A program made the translations under genes and the position numbers. A DNA stretch of 64,000 nt, taken from positions 310,001 through 374,000 of the forward strand of contig PPNB01000003.1 in NCBI GenBank assembly GCA_003707115.1, given 5' to 3'. Under the pieces are notes generated by a model. The model was not told the origin of the DNA. It saw only the letters and a program-made list of their open reading frames with translations, and searched no databases. Positions within the stretch are counted from its first letter, which is position 1. Each line of letters starts with the position of its first letter. Origin of the DNA: Tortispora ganteri. Lineage: Eukaryota. Positions 22,062-33,377 of the stretch are shown here, piece after piece.

Positions 22062-23543
22062 CTATTTGGTTTGCAAAGCAGCAGCAGCGGAAGTGACAGC
22101 AAAGGGACGAATATCAGTAGGTCGCTTGCCGAGAAGAGCCAATGGAACGATTCCAGAAACGTGCATGTCGGGACCGAAAATCTCCATAGGCAAATCCAAC
22201 TCCTCAGCACAAGCAGTGATAAGTCTCAGACCTTCTTGCCAGTTAGGTCCACCACGGCGAACGTACATGCGAACCTTGTGGGCATGAAGAAGCTGCTGAT
22301 ATTCCTTAAAGGCTCTAATAATACCTTTGAAAGTGGAACCGACTTGGGTAAAGTTAGCAATTCCACCTCCGATAAACAAAACCTTACCGTCTGGATGAGG
22401 AGTATCACGGGTCATGAGATCCAAAATAGTGCGAGCGTATTCATAAGTTTGGGTTTCAGTTGGCGCACCAGAATATTCGCCATAGTTAGCGAGCTCATCA
22501 GCAAATCCAGCAGAAGCAATAGCGTCGGCGTATACGACCGAAGCACCACCGCCAGCGACGAGAGTCCAGATGCGGCCTTTTGAGTTAAGAACGGTGAGTT
22601 TCAGAGAAGCACCGGTTTTAGCATCGAGTTCGGCAATGTAAGCCTCCTCCTTGCTAAGTTCGCGACCGAATGGAGCGGGAAATTCCATAGGAGGACCTTG
22701 GTCGATATTAGTGATCGACTGAGACTGGGGAGCGCTAGCGATACCAAGGGCTGTATCTGAACGAGCAACAGCCCATTTAGCACCACACTCAAATTCTGCA
22801 GTTTGATCTAATTTAGCAGCGAGATCTAAATACTCGACAGCGACAGTGCCATCGGGTTGAGGAATGACGACGAGTGGGTTAATCTCGAGATATGTGAACT
22901 GAAGATCGACGTAGACAGCATAAAGGCGGTTTATGAAGTCAAGGAGGACAGAACGCTGTTCCTGCGGGATGTTTTGAAGCAAGGCTTTTTCTAGCTCTTC
23001 GTTAGATGGATAGTTTTTGAGGTCTACAGGGATGAGAATCTTGGAAGCCTTTGCGTCAACATCACCAACATCCACGCCTCCCTCGTGGTAGAAGAGGATC
23101 CAATCGCCTTCGCGGACCGAGTTGATGTTGATATAATACTCCTGGTCCTGTGAGTGAGGAACAAAAGGTTCTATGAGGAAGGAATGAAGCGGGGCTGAAA
23201 TGGAACCAACCGACACTTCTTTGTTGGCACGCTCGGCGACCCATTGCTTAGCCTCGGGCCATGTCTTGTTGAGTGCGACAAGGCCAAGTTTGCCTCTGCG
23301 CTTAATGAGTTGGTCAGGTTTAGCAACAAGTCGCTGTTCGGGGCTGAATACCCAAGGGAACTTTTGTTCGGCTTCGGCGAAAATAGCGTCAGCAGAGTTA
23401 CCGCTGTCGAAACGCAGAGGCACAAGTCTGGGAAGGGACGAGAAAGTAGTTGACGGTTCAGAATCGCTGTACACTTTAGACCTGCTAAGGAAATAGGCAA
23501 GAAGGGCCTTTCCATCGGCTTCATAAATTGATTTGGCTGACAT
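22062..23543 (-). CDS. ACL2: ATP-citrate lyase, ATP-grasp (beta-type) subunit
   Basis: MSAKSIYEADGK (ATG 23543), KPDQLIKRRGK, VAGGGASVVY, NYGEYSGAP, GGGIANFT. Confidence 0.97.
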   Translation of the reverse strand: MSAKSIYEADGKALLAYFLSRSKVYSDSEPSTTFSSLPRLVPLRFDSGNSADAIFAEAEQKFPWVFSPEQRLVAKPDQLIKRRGKLGLVALNKTWPEAKQWVAERANKEVSVGSISAPLHSFLIEPFVPHSQDQEYYININSVREGDWILFYHEGGVDVGDVDAKASKILIPVDLKNYPSNEELEKALLQNIPQEQRSVLLDFINRLYAVYVDLQFTYLEINPLVVIPQPDGTVAVEYLDLAAKLDQTAEFECGAKWAVARSDTALGIASAPQSQSITNIDQGPPMEFPAPFGRELSKEEAYIAELDAKTGASLKLTVLNSKGRIWTLVAGGGASVVYADAIASAGFADELANYGEYSGAPTETQTYEYARTILDLMTRDTPHPDGKVLFIGGGIANFTQVGSTFKGIIRAFKEYQQLLHAHKVRMYVRRGGPNWQEGLRLITACAEELDLPMEIFGPDMHVSGIVPLALLGKRPTDIRPFAVTSAAAALQTK

Positions 23544-24616
23544 TATTACTAGGAGAAAGAACAATGAGTGCAAGTGCTGCCTTTAAAAACCGAAAAGAGG
23601 TTCGCAATAAGTTGGGGGGTTACAGTGAGAATAAGAGGGGAATCTTTTTATAAAGTCTTTAGGGAAACGTTGGGTAAAAGAAGAATAAGGTTTAATTGGA
23701 CTTCATTTTTTTATTTCTCGGATACCTCAGGGATGTTAGAGGTGGAGGGGGGCCACGGTTTCGTTATTGCAATGCTATAAAATTGGCGCGCACAAGTCAA
23801 CATTCACTGATTTAGTGTATTTATTTTGCAACCAATTGCATTAGATAGCGTGGTTTATGCGGATACAAGGCACTGTAACAGGTAAGATAGGTCTTGACAT
23901 ATGCGATATGAGGGTAACCGTGCACTCTGGACTAGGTCTCTGAGCTTACTAGTTCTCCAAAGGAGATATAAAGAAAACCAATAACCCAACAAAATACAAT
24001 CATTCGTTCACTGATATATTGACTTTACTATTACCTAACTAACCGCCGATGTGTAGCAAATTAAAATTATTGCTCATCGAGTTACGCTGCTTTAGTGGAA
24101 CAATATAAAACCTTAACCTCATATACTTTCTAGATGCCATTAGATGATCATTACGCGACGCAAGGGTTTTCAGCGTATGTACCTGTACCGCTTAAACAAA
24201 AAGTTTTCTTTAATTTCCATCTATTTGTTTTTGGAGCCAATTTTTGAGATCTCCAATCTAACTACCACAACCCTCAATTTCGATAACTGAAGTGACGACT
24301 TTACCTCGGATAGAAAGCAAAGTTTTCAATCATTTAAAGTTTAAATTTTCCTATATAGAAATGACCTTTGCTTTTCCCCAACCAAAGCCAACCCTTACTG
24401 TCTTTTCAAGCCTCTGGCCTTTTAAATACTCTTTAACTTGCTCGTTTTAGCCAAATTAAACCGGTTGCTGCCTCCTTCCCCTTTTCTTTTTTTTTACCCC
24501 AAGCCTTTTTCTACCCCCTCTAAAAAAAAAAGAAAAAGATTAATAACCTTTGTTAATAGAAATAATCTTACACCGACCCAAGTCTTTCTCACTTCGTCAT
24601 CACGTCCACTCTGACA

Positions 24617-26566
24617 ATGCCTTCCACTGCCCCTCAGTCTGCTGACGCCAATATCAGGCGCTTCGAACCTCCCACTGCGGCATCGTCTCCCGCACCAAAC
24701 TATCAGCTCTTCCACGCTAAGACCCGTGCTTTCGTCTATGGCCTCCAGCCGAAGGCCTGCCAGGGTATGCTCGACTTCGACTATATCTGTCGCCGAACTA
24801 CTCCTTCCGTGGCCGGTATCATTTACCCCTTCGGAGGACAATTCGTCTCCAAGATGTACTGGGGTACCAAGGAGACACTCCTCCCTGTCTACCAGGAAGT
24901 AGAGAAAGCCGCCTCTAGACATCCCGAGGTCGACGTCGTTGTCAACTTCGCTTCCTCTCGCTCGGTCTACTCGTCCACAATGGAGCTTTTGGAATACCCA
25001 CAATTCAGAGTAATTGCTATCATTGCTGAAGGTGTCCCTGAGCGCAGGGCGCGTGAGATTCAGCATCGCGCACAAGAGAAAGGTGTCACCATCATCGGCC
25101 CCGCGACTGTCGGAGGAATCAAGCCTGGTTGCTTCAAAATCGGCAATACTGGCGGTATGATGGACAACATCGTCGCATCTAAACTTTACCGTCCTGGTTC
25201 TGTCGCTTATGTCTCAAAGTCTGGCGGAATGTCTAACGAACTTAACAACATCATCTCTCATAACACTGATGGTGTTTACGAAGGTGTTGCTATTGGAGGT
25301 GATAGATATCCTGGTACAACCTTCATCGATCATATCCTTCGCTTCGATGCCGATCCCAACTGCAAAATTATCGTGCTCCTGGGTGAAGTTGGTGGTGTCG
25401 AAGAGTACCGTGTTATAGAAGCTGTCAAGAATGGTATAATCAAAAAACCCATTGTTGCTTGGGCAATCGGTACGTGTGCCTCTATGTTCAAGACCGAAGT
25501 CCAGTTTGGACACGCCGGCTCATTCGCTAATTCGCAACTTGAAACTGCCGTTACTAAGAACCAGGCAATGCGAGACGCTGGCTTCCATGTCCCAGACACT
25601 TTTGAGGAACTTCCATCTGTTCTTGCTGCTGTTTATAAAGATCTCTTGGAAAAGAAAGTTATCGTTCCTGCTGCCGAGCCTGAAGTTCCCAAAATCCCTA
25701 TGGACTACTCTTGGGCCCAAGAGCTCGGACTCGTTCGTAAGCCTGCAGCCTTCATTTCTACTATTTCTGATGATCGAGGCCAAGAATTGCTCTACGCTGG
25801 CATGCCTATCTCGGACGTTTTCAAGGAGGATATAGGTATAGGAGGCGTCATGTCTCTCTTGTGGTTTAGACGTCGCCTACCCGTGTATGCTACCAAATTC
25901 TTGGAGATGGTCCTCATGCTTACTGCTGATCATGGTCCAGCTGTCTCAGGTGCTATGAATACTATTATTACTACTCGTGCAGGTAAGGATCTCATTTCTG
26001 CACTTGTTTCTGGTCTTTTGACTATTGGTGAACGTTTCGGTGGCGCCTTAGACGGTGCTGCTAATGAATTTTCTGCTGCCTATGACAAGGGTCTCTCTCC
26101 TCGTGAGTTTGTTGACACTATGCGCAAACAGAATAAATTGATTCCAGGAATTGGCCATAAAGTAAAATCTCGCAACAACCCCGACTACCGCGTCGAATTG
26201 GTTAAGGAATATGTTCGTAAGAACTTCCCCAACTGTTCAATGCTCCAGTATGCTCTTGCTGTCGAGACTGTCACTACTAGCAAGAAGGACAACCTTATTC
26301 TTAACGTCGATGGATGCGTTGCTGTCTGTTTCATAGATCTTTTACGCAATTGTGGTGCATTCTCTGCTGAAGAAGCGGAAGATTACCTCAGAATGGGTGT
26401 CCTAAACGGCCTTTTCGTGCTAGGCAGATCTATTGGTTTAATTGCTCATTACCTAGATCAAAAACGTCTTCGGACTGGTCTTTATCGTCATCCTTGGGAC
26501 GATATTACGTACATGTTGCCTGATTTGCCCGGTAGTGGTTCTTCGCGTGTTGAAGTCAACATTTAA
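24617..26566 (+). CDS. ACL1: ATP-citrate lyase, CoA-binding/citryl-CoA lyase (alpha-type) subunit
   Basis: [20 protein letters not shown], phospho-His [28 protein letters not shown]. Confidence 0.97.
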   Translation: MPSTAPQSADANIRRFEPPTAASSPAPNYQLFHAKTRAFVYGLQPKACQGMLDFDYICRRTTPSVAGIIYPFGGQFVSKMYWGTKETLLPVYQEVEKAASRHPEVDVVVNFASSRSVYSSTMELLEYPQFRVIAIIAEGVPERRAREIQHRAQEKGVTIIGPATVGGIKPGCFKIGNTGGMMDNIVASKLYRPGSVAYVSKSGGMSNELNNIISHNTDGVYEGVAIGGDRYPGTTFIDHILRFDADPNCKIIVLLGEVGGVEEYRVIEAVKNGIIKKPIVAWAIGTCASMFKTEVQFGHAGSFANSQLETAVTKNQAMRDAGFHVPDTFEELPSVLAAVYKDLLEKKVIVPAAEPEVPKIPMDYSWAQELGLVRKPAAFISTISDDRGQELLYAGMPISDVFKEDIGIGGVMSLLWFRRRLPVYATKFLEMVLMLTADHGPAVSGAMNTIITTRAGKDLISALVSGLLTIGERFGGALDGAANEFSAAYDKGLSPREFVDTMRKQNKLIPGIGHKVKSRNNPDYRVELVKEYVRKNFPNCSMLQYALAVETVTTSKKDNLILNVDGCVAVCFIDLLRNCGAFSAEEAEDYLRMGVLNGLFVLGRSIGLIAHYLDQKRLRTGLYRHPWDDITYMLPDLPGSGSSRVEVNI

Positions 26567-26825
26567 GTATAAAGCTTATTCTCGTGGAAATGAAACCGCT
26601 ACTTTCTACGCATGTTCTTTTTCCACTTTACATAGATAGTTATTCCTAAATGACTTGCTCTTGCCGATTTTTTAAGTTTAAAGGCGCTATTCAACATATA
26701 ATAATTATAAAACGCTATAATAGATCTGGACATCTTACGATAGTATAATTCAGGTTTTCAACGACGTACTTTTGAAAATATTGACCATTAGTAAGTATTA
26801 GTAATCATCGGATTCCTTGGACGTA

Positions 26826-28385
26826 TTACTGACTAATAAATCTCATCTCGGCCGGTTGAACAGGGATAGGATTTGGCTTGTCGACCTTCAGACCTTCAGC
26901 AATTTGTTCGCCAAGTTTTTGATCCAAGATTGCAAACATATCCGCCACTCTTTGCTTAATTTCAGGATATTGAATATTGGATGCATGGTTGATGATATTC
27001 TCGCGGAACCTCTTCTTTGCAGCATCGTCAAAAACCTTCATATACAAGGCACGAGGTTGTTCATAATCTCTCTCATCGACATGTTTCAAAAAGTATCTAA
27101 CGCCATCTCTCATGATTCCATCGTGTTTATCGGCCGAGAAGTCGCCAGCAGTAACATCCAGTTTTTCATTTCCAAAGCCGTTATCTCTGGTTTGAGCTTG
27201 GAATGGACGGTAAGTAGAGAAATAATTGGGGAAATCACCCTGACTCTCTATTACGTTAGCACCATCTCTTTGCATGTTTCCAAAACCAAATGGACATCTC
27301 GGTCTGTTGACTGGAATCTGTTGGTAATTTACACCAAGACGATAGCGATGAGTATCAGGATACGAAAACAAACGCGACTGAAGAACTGGATCAAGAGATG
27401 GCTCGATACCAGGAGTCAGGTGGCTAGGTGAGAAAGCAAGTTGTTCAATTTCCGCGAAGTAATTTGTGACATTCCTATTCAGGACGATTCTGCCAAACTT
27501 GCGCAAGGGAAACTCCTTATGGGACCAAACCTTTGTAAGATCGTTAACTGAGTAACGAAACTTTTCTGCCTGATCTGCAGTCATAGTTTGAATATAACAG
27601 TCCCATTCAGGGAACTCGCCCTTCTCAATATGTTCGTAAAGATCAGCCTTGTGAAAATCGGCATTCTCACCAGCTATTTTGGCGCCTTCTTCGGTTGTAA
27701 AACCTTCAACACCTTGTTTGGAAAGGAGATGGATCTGCACATATACCATTTCATTCTTGGCGTTTATAAACTTGAAAGTATGGCCAGAGTAACCGTTCAT
27801 CTTGCGCCAGGACTTCGGGATACCACGGTCGCCGAACAAGTAAACGAATTGATGAAGAATTTCATGATTCTGGGTAGCATAATCCCAGAAAACTGTTGAG
27901 TCATAGCCATGGCCCATATGAGTTTTCGGGTTACGCTTTTGAGAATGTATGAAAGGTACGAACTTCAAGGGATCACGTAAAAAAAAAACAGGAGTGTTGT
28001 TGAATACCCAGTCCATGTTTCCTTCGACAGTTCTGAACTTGATAGCAAATCCTCTAGGATCACGAACGGTATCAATACCACCAGTTTCGGGTGCGACAGT
28101 AGAAAATCGGATAGTGAGATCGGTTTTCTCGCCGACCTGAGTGAGCATTTTGCACCTCGTAACATCTTCGAGCGAATCAGTCAATTCGAAAAAGCCATGG
28201 GCACCGCCGCCTGAAGCATGGACAACACGCTCAGGTATACGTTCACGATCGAAGTGAGCCAGCTCATCAATTAGATGAAAATCGCCCAGATTAAGATAAC
28301 CATCTGAGGTTCTTTGACTTTCGTATGGATGACCTTCATAAGGGACGCCGTTAGATGTCGCATACACAGGTTTAGATGAACTCAT
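26826..28385 (-). CDS. Small-subunit heme catalase, probably cytosolic (catalase T-like; no PTS1)
   Basis: FDRERIPERVVHA, RFSTV, RDPRGF, NNTPVFF, proximal ligand RLFSYPDTH; C-terminus FISQ. Confidence 0.96.
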   Translation of the reverse strand: MSSSKPVYATSNGVPYEGHPYESQRTSDGYLNLGDFHLIDELAHFDRERIPERVVHASGGGAHGFFELTDSLEDVTRCKMLTQVGEKTDLTIRFSTVAPETGGIDTVRDPRGFAIKFRTVEGNMDWVFNNTPVFFLRDPLKFVPFIHSQKRNPKTHMGHGYDSTVFWDYATQNHEILHQFVYLFGDRGIPKSWRKMNGYSGHTFKFINAKNEMVYVQIHLLSKQGVEGFTTEEGAKIAGENADFHKADLYEHIEKGEFPEWDCYIQTMTADQAEKFRYSVNDLTKVWSHKEFPLRKFGRIVLNRNVTNYFAEIEQLAFSPSHLTPGIEPSLDPVLQSRLFSYPDTHRYRLGVNYQQIPVNRPRCPFGFGNMQRDGANVIESQGDFPNYFSTYRPFQAQTRDNGFGNEKLDVTAGDFSADKHDGIMRDGVRYFLKHVDERDYEQPRALYMKVFDDAAKKRFRENIINHASNIQYPEIKQRVADMFAILDQKLGEQIAEGLKVDKPNPIPVQPAEMRFISQ

Positions 28386-29634
28386 TGAGATAAATAAATT
28401 ATTGTTATTTGATTATGCAACTGCCAAGAGGTGCAGCAGTATTTATATATTCTGTGTCACCCAATTGGTTCTCCGCTATCCAGGCGGTTTTGAGTTTCAC
28501 ATTGTGGATTAAATCAGCAGGTTTCCGCTATTTACACGTGATGATGTAATTGGCAATTAATCCAGATCCACGTATTAAGTCTCTTGTATTAGTAAGTAGG
28601 TAAATTCGGATCGTTTTGGGTTTATAAGCTTTTTTGCGGCTTTTAAAGTTGTGCTGGCGCTAGCATGGCCACTTCATGAGGCCGCTTTCAACTGCGTTCT
28701 ACAAGCCTTTAGTGCCCAGTAAGCAATTAATTCGCACAATATAATACCAATTGCTGCTAATATCCAGAGACTATTACTGTGGTGCTCATTTGTACCCAGC
28801 AACAGGTAAGAAAGATGATGAACCTTACTCGTGTGATTTTGCAAAAGATACGTTCGATTGGTAAAGGCTAATGACATCAGAAGACTAGTTTTCAAAACTA
28901 CCAGTGAGCCGCTTAGAATTACAATGCCCTTGATTCGTCAGAATAAACAAACCGCGTGACTCCGTAAGTTTGATCCAGTATCTCCTGAACTACGTGAGCC
29001 TTGATTGGACTCGCAGCTAAAAATTAGCCAGACGCTTTAAGAGACCCCTCCTATTTATCCCCACCTCAGATCTGCTTGGTTCCTGGATCTAACAGAAGGT
29101 GCTGCTACAGTACATACCATCATTCTTCAGAAATACTTTCCAGATTTTTGCAGGTTAATTATTATACTGTATTTTGTTAAATACGGCGTAAAGTTACCCT
29201 TTTATAGCTTGCCTATGGCCAACTTAATGATCGTTCCAAATCGATCACATACCAATCTCTTTGGAGGCAAATGACCTGGCAGGGTGGCGGCACTTGGGAG
29301 TTTCGTTCCTGGGACCATACTTCTCTCCCACCCGCAGTTATCAATTCCCCACCCTTGTATGTATCTAATAAGATATTATTCATCACACCATACCAATTTG
29401 ATCGCTTTCTACCGCTTCATCATCCCTTGAATCCTAAATATTCTATTTTAGTTGTGGTATTAATCTTATTCCTCTCTTGATTTATACTAGATAAAATAGT
29501 CTGTTCTACACCTTCATTTTTATCAACAGCTTCTATATCTTTGCATAGCCCTATCTTCCCACCCCATTTTGATCTGGTCAAACCCTCCTAATCTGTCTTC
29601 ACTGTCACTTTTCGGCGATAACAAATTCCCACTG

Positions 29635-30309
29635 ATGGCTACTTTACGCTCAATACCTACATGGCAGGCTGACTCTGAAGCGAATCAGTGCCCTTTGTGT
29701 AAAGCTCCTTTTTCTTTCTTCAACAGAAGGCACCATTGTCGTCAGTGTGGCAGGGTCGTCTGCAATAGCTGCTCAACTTCTCGTCTTGTCTACCCGACTG
29801 TTATAACTCCTCCTAATGATCAAAATTCAGAAAATACACAAGGTACAGTTACCTCTAATCGCTATCTTATGCCTCTACGGACTTGCGATCAATGCTCTGC
29901 GTCACTACTTTTATCTCGTAGTTGTGACGACCCGCCTAAACTCCAAGGGGGTGCGCGCGCTATACCGACAGCTGTAGTAGATGATAGAGATCAGTGCCCT
30001 ATATGTGGAAAGCGACTAGATCTGATGCGCTCTGAGGATGCACGTATAAAGCACGTTTCGGATTGTCTTACCGCAGCAGAGTTCAGCGGGTCGCCCGATC
30101 GGCACCGCCGATACCATAATAGAATGGTTTCGTATCCCGTTACCGCCGTCGAGATCGGTAAAGAATGCATTGTCTGCTTTGAAGAGTTTAAAGAAAACGA
30201 TATTATCGGTCGATTAGAGTGTTTATGCTTTTTCCACAAGCAGTGTATAAAGGATTGGTTTAATCGCAAAGGTCCAGGAAACTGCCCTGTGCATGCGATT
30301 CCTCAATAA
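29635..30309 (+). CDS. PIB1: FYVE + RING-H2 E3 ubiquitin ligase
   Basis: WQAD, RRHHCRQCG, RTCDQC (FYVE); ECIVC..LECLCFFHKQCI..CPVH (RING-H2); ATG 29635. Confidence 0.92.
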   Translation: MATLRSIPTWQADSEANQCPLCKAPFSFFNRRHHCRQCGRVVCNSCSTSRLVYPTVITPPNDQNSENTQGTVTSNRYLMPLRTCDQCSASLLLSRSCDDPPKLQGGARAIPTAVVDDRDQCPICGKRLDLMRSEDARIKHVSDCLTAAEFSGSPDRHRRYHNRMVSYPVTAVEIGKECIVCFEEFKENDIIGRLECLCFFHKQCIKDWFNRKGPGNCPVHAIPQ

Positions 30310-30465
30310 CGCCATGTTCAAGCCAAAGATCGATATCTACAGATGAGATTCATTACCTTTCCCTCCCCTTTAATTTATGATTCATTAATGTTGCATTATG
30401 GAAATCTCACTATAATAATTATATAACCATCGTAATCGTTCGTCACAATACAGTTTTGAGAGTGT

Positions 30466-33258
30466 TTACATGCCATCAGTGTCTATGGATAATCCTAACA
30501 GCTCAAGCGCTAACCTGTTACCGTAGAATTCTTTAATAAATCCTGGTAGTTCATTGAGTTCTTTCAGTATTTCCTGTATTTTAGTCCTACCACTCAAATA
30601 AGCAGCCAGATCCTTGTTCCCATATATGTCTTTACCTTTATCGTAAGATTTCTCCGGCTGGTCACGCCAAAATATATTCACAGATATGCTCGGCTTCTTT
30701 CCTGATTTAGTGGCATGAAGCCACATAGGGGGTATGAATAACATGTCTCCAGGTTTCATATTCACTTCATATGGCGACACAGGAAGCCCAATATCTTCCG
30801 GTGGCTGTACAAATACGTTCTCCACGCTGCTTGAAGAAACTCCTGGTTCAAACTTCAAATAAATTGCATCTCTTGGTGGATATAATTTGATCTTCTTTTC
30901 TCCTTGCACTTGAAATAGAACATTAGCCATGACGTCGTAGTGTAGCCAGACAGATACCTCGGCGCTGCTGATCCTCAGGCACGATGAGAACAGTTTTTCA
31001 CCGATATAATCCTGTACAGGGACTTCAAAGTCGTTTCTCAGCGCAGGAAAATCTTCCCAGAAATTCGATGCAGCGTTCTTCTTGTCATCCTTAGATAATG
31101 CGCGAAAGTATAAGTTACATTTCTTCATTTCTCCGTAAATCTCTTGAATAAATTCACCAGCACTCATGGTCTTATAAACAAAGTTTTTCCTGACAAAACT
31201 AAGGTCGTGATAACTAGATTCGTGCAGAATTATCTGTTCATCTCTGCCTATAGAATTAATCAAGTACTCGGGAGTCCATTTATACACACAGCTGCCAATA
31301 TTCACTGTGCGAAAAATCACGGGAATATTATTTGCAATGCTTTCTTTGAACGATTCAATAGGGCATTCTTGTACTGAGACTGCTTGACTAGCCCTCTTGA
31401 TGTTTATATTATGAATTGTAGAAAGGCTAGGTGCTGAAAGCGGCAGCGATAAAGAATAATAATGCCAAGTAGTGTCAAAAGCAGCATCTTTGAAGCCAAA
31501 CTGCTGGATATCCACCTGAGGTGTTCCATATACAGAGTAATCTAGCCAGTTAGAAAAAAGAAGACCCACTGAGAGAGCTTGACCAAAATATATCGACTTC
31601 CCCCATATTTGCACCCCTGTGTCAGTATATCGTATAGTATTGTCGTTGTCAACAACGTTCAGAATAAAAGCATTACTTAGCATGCTTTTATTATCTAGTG
31701 AGATTCCGCTAGACAGCAAGTAAGTGTTATGAGTCAATTTTGTGAGGTGTGATCCTAGAAAGGTGCAATTCGCTTGGGGTCGAGGCGAAGCAGGCTCCAA
31801 CATCAGTTCGCGTTTCTCTGGAGATAGCTTCCAGGTGAACATTTCTTGAGAAAGTTTCTTCCGTTTATTCTCAAGAAGCAAAATGCCTTGAAGCCCTGAT
31901 GCTTTAACTGAAAGTACTCTGCTACACTCAATTGGTGACCCTTGCTGGCGAATATTTAGTGCAATGAAGTCCTTGGTCAGGTCATCCATGAGTAGACAGT
32001 TAATTGTGTCCCCTGCGCTATAAAATATCAAAACTGACATCTCTGAGACTAAGCAAGATTGATGTTGAAATATATTGTAAGGAATAGAAACCATTTTCGT
32101 CCATGCGCATCTTCTGTAACTGGAAGCAGTAGGTTTGTCAATTTGTAAAATATAACAGTCGGACGATTCAGTTTCCATGGATTTTCCATTAACTAATAAA
32201 TACTTGTCTTCTGAAATTGCGGTGAATGAACAGCTCGTTCCAACTTTAGGAATATCTGTGAAATCATCGAATTCCAGCTTCCAGTCATTTTTAGAATCGT
32301 ACACGCTGATAATGCCGTCTTTATCCATTGTGATAGCAAAAGAAGCTTCAAGAGCACGATCTAGATAGTTATCAAAGGTAGATATCGATTTTGGCTGTGA
32401 GAGTAAATTAGCCGACCGGACAGTTAAGAGAGTGATGGAAGGTATGGTCGACGTACCTTCTTCTGCAGGATTACTATAATCGATGATTGCGGTGTGTTTT
32501 GCTAGCATGTAGAACTCGTTGAGTTCACGATCAGTAGGCTGTAAAAAGTCGGTTTTCTCGCTGATCCAGTAATCGAGTATAGTTCGAATACGCAATGCCT
32601 CCGATTGGTGTACTGGCCTTAACGCACAGTGGCAATTGCGCTTTTTCCAGTACGAAACCAATGAGCGGGCTAACGGATCATTTGGGTATTCTAGGCGCTC
32701 AATTGATAATATTTTCGCATCGGAAAACATTTGTTGTATTGACTGCAAAAGATCGCTATATGAATTAAAATCCATTGAGAAAAGAAGCTCATCTAAGATA
32801 ATTGTGGCCTGTGGCTCATCGATATCCTTCAAGATTTGAAGGATTGATTGCGGCGACATGTCAGATTCATGCCAATGAAAGTGGCCAAACTTTTTGTTTT
32901 GAATAACTTCAGGAAATGAGAATAATGTTTGTTCATATTTGGAACATCGATTGTTGATTGTAATTGGCAAATCAAGGACATGCACTGCAGACACCGAATC
33001 GATGAAGTTTGTGTTTAGCAGTTCGTAAAGAGAACCTATATAAATGAAAACATTTGAATCATCTTTCAGCGTATTATCAAGCTCAATTTCCAATGCTCTT
33101 TGTTCAATATATGAAAGTAAATCAACAACTAGAGGATACTTTTTCAGCTTTGGAACTAGATATCTATATCTATGACTGTTTATATCCTTGTATATAAGTT
33201 TCTCAAAAGATCTAAACCTGGACAATTTATCGTTTCTGTAAAATAAACTAGATGTCAT
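30466..33258 (-). CDS. Tyw4/Ppm2-like protein: degenerate LCM methyltransferase + kelch-like region + JmjC (Tyw5-like) domain
   Basis: C-terminal JmjC WLHYDVMAN..PGDMLFIPPMWLHA..SVNIFW..DIYGNKDL; N-terminal remnants RSFEKLIY, DELLFSM, LEYPND..SYWKK. Confidence 0.8.
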   Translation of the reverse strand: MTSSLFYRNDKLSRFRSFEKLIYKDINSHRYRYLVPKLKKYPLVVDLLSYIEQRALEIELDNTLKDDSNVFIYIGSLYELLNTNFIDSVSAVHVLDLPITINNRCSKYEQTLFSFPEVIQNKKFGHFHWHESDMSPQSILQILKDIDEPQATIILDELLFSMDFNSYSDLLQSIQQMFSDAKILSIERLEYPNDPLARSLVSYWKKRNCHCALRPVHQSEALRIRTILDYWISEKTDFLQPTDRELNEFYMLAKHTAIIDYSNPAEEGTSTIPSITLLTVRSANLLSQPKSISTFDNYLDRALEASFAITMDKDGIISVYDSKNDWKLEFDDFTDIPKVGTSCSFTAISEDKYLLVNGKSMETESSDCYILQIDKPTASSYRRCAWTKMVSIPYNIFQHQSCLVSEMSVLIFYSAGDTINCLLMDDLTKDFIALNIRQQGSPIECSRVLSVKASGLQGILLLENKRKKLSQEMFTWKLSPEKRELMLEPASPRPQANCTFLGSHLTKLTHNTYLLSSGISLDNKSMLSNAFILNVVDNDNTIRYTDTGVQIWGKSIYFGQALSVGLLFSNWLDYSVYGTPQVDIQQFGFKDAAFDTTWHYYSLSLPLSAPSLSTIHNINIKRASQAVSVQECPIESFKESIANNIPVIFRTVNIGSCVYKWTPEYLINSIGRDEQIILHESSYHDLSFVRKNFVYKTMSAGEFIQEIYGEMKKCNLYFRALSKDDKKNAASNFWEDFPALRNDFEVPVQDYIGEKLFSSCLRISSAEVSVWLHYDVMANVLFQVQGEKKIKLYPPRDAIYLKFEPGVSSSSVENVFVQPPEDIGLPVSPYEVNMKPGDMLFIPPMWLHATKSGKKPSISVNIFWRDQPEKSYDKGKDIYGNKDLAAYLSGRTKIQEILKELNELPGFIKEFYGNRLALELLGLSIDTDGM

Positions 33259-33377
33259 ATAATTTTTGATCTCTCGAGTGTATATTACAAAACAACCTAA
33301 AAATAAAAGAAATTAATGAAACGTAATAATGCTATTATAAAATCCTGACCTCACCGTAAAATATCCAAATTTTGCTA

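Noticed and set aside
22018..27899. Long antisense ORFs over ACL2, ACL1 and catalase
   Set aside because: Shadow ORFs expected from codon bias in highly expressed genes
28674..28895. 73-aa ORF with a hydrophobic segment upstream of catalase
   Set aside because: Short, TTG start, no recognisable family; cannot be supported
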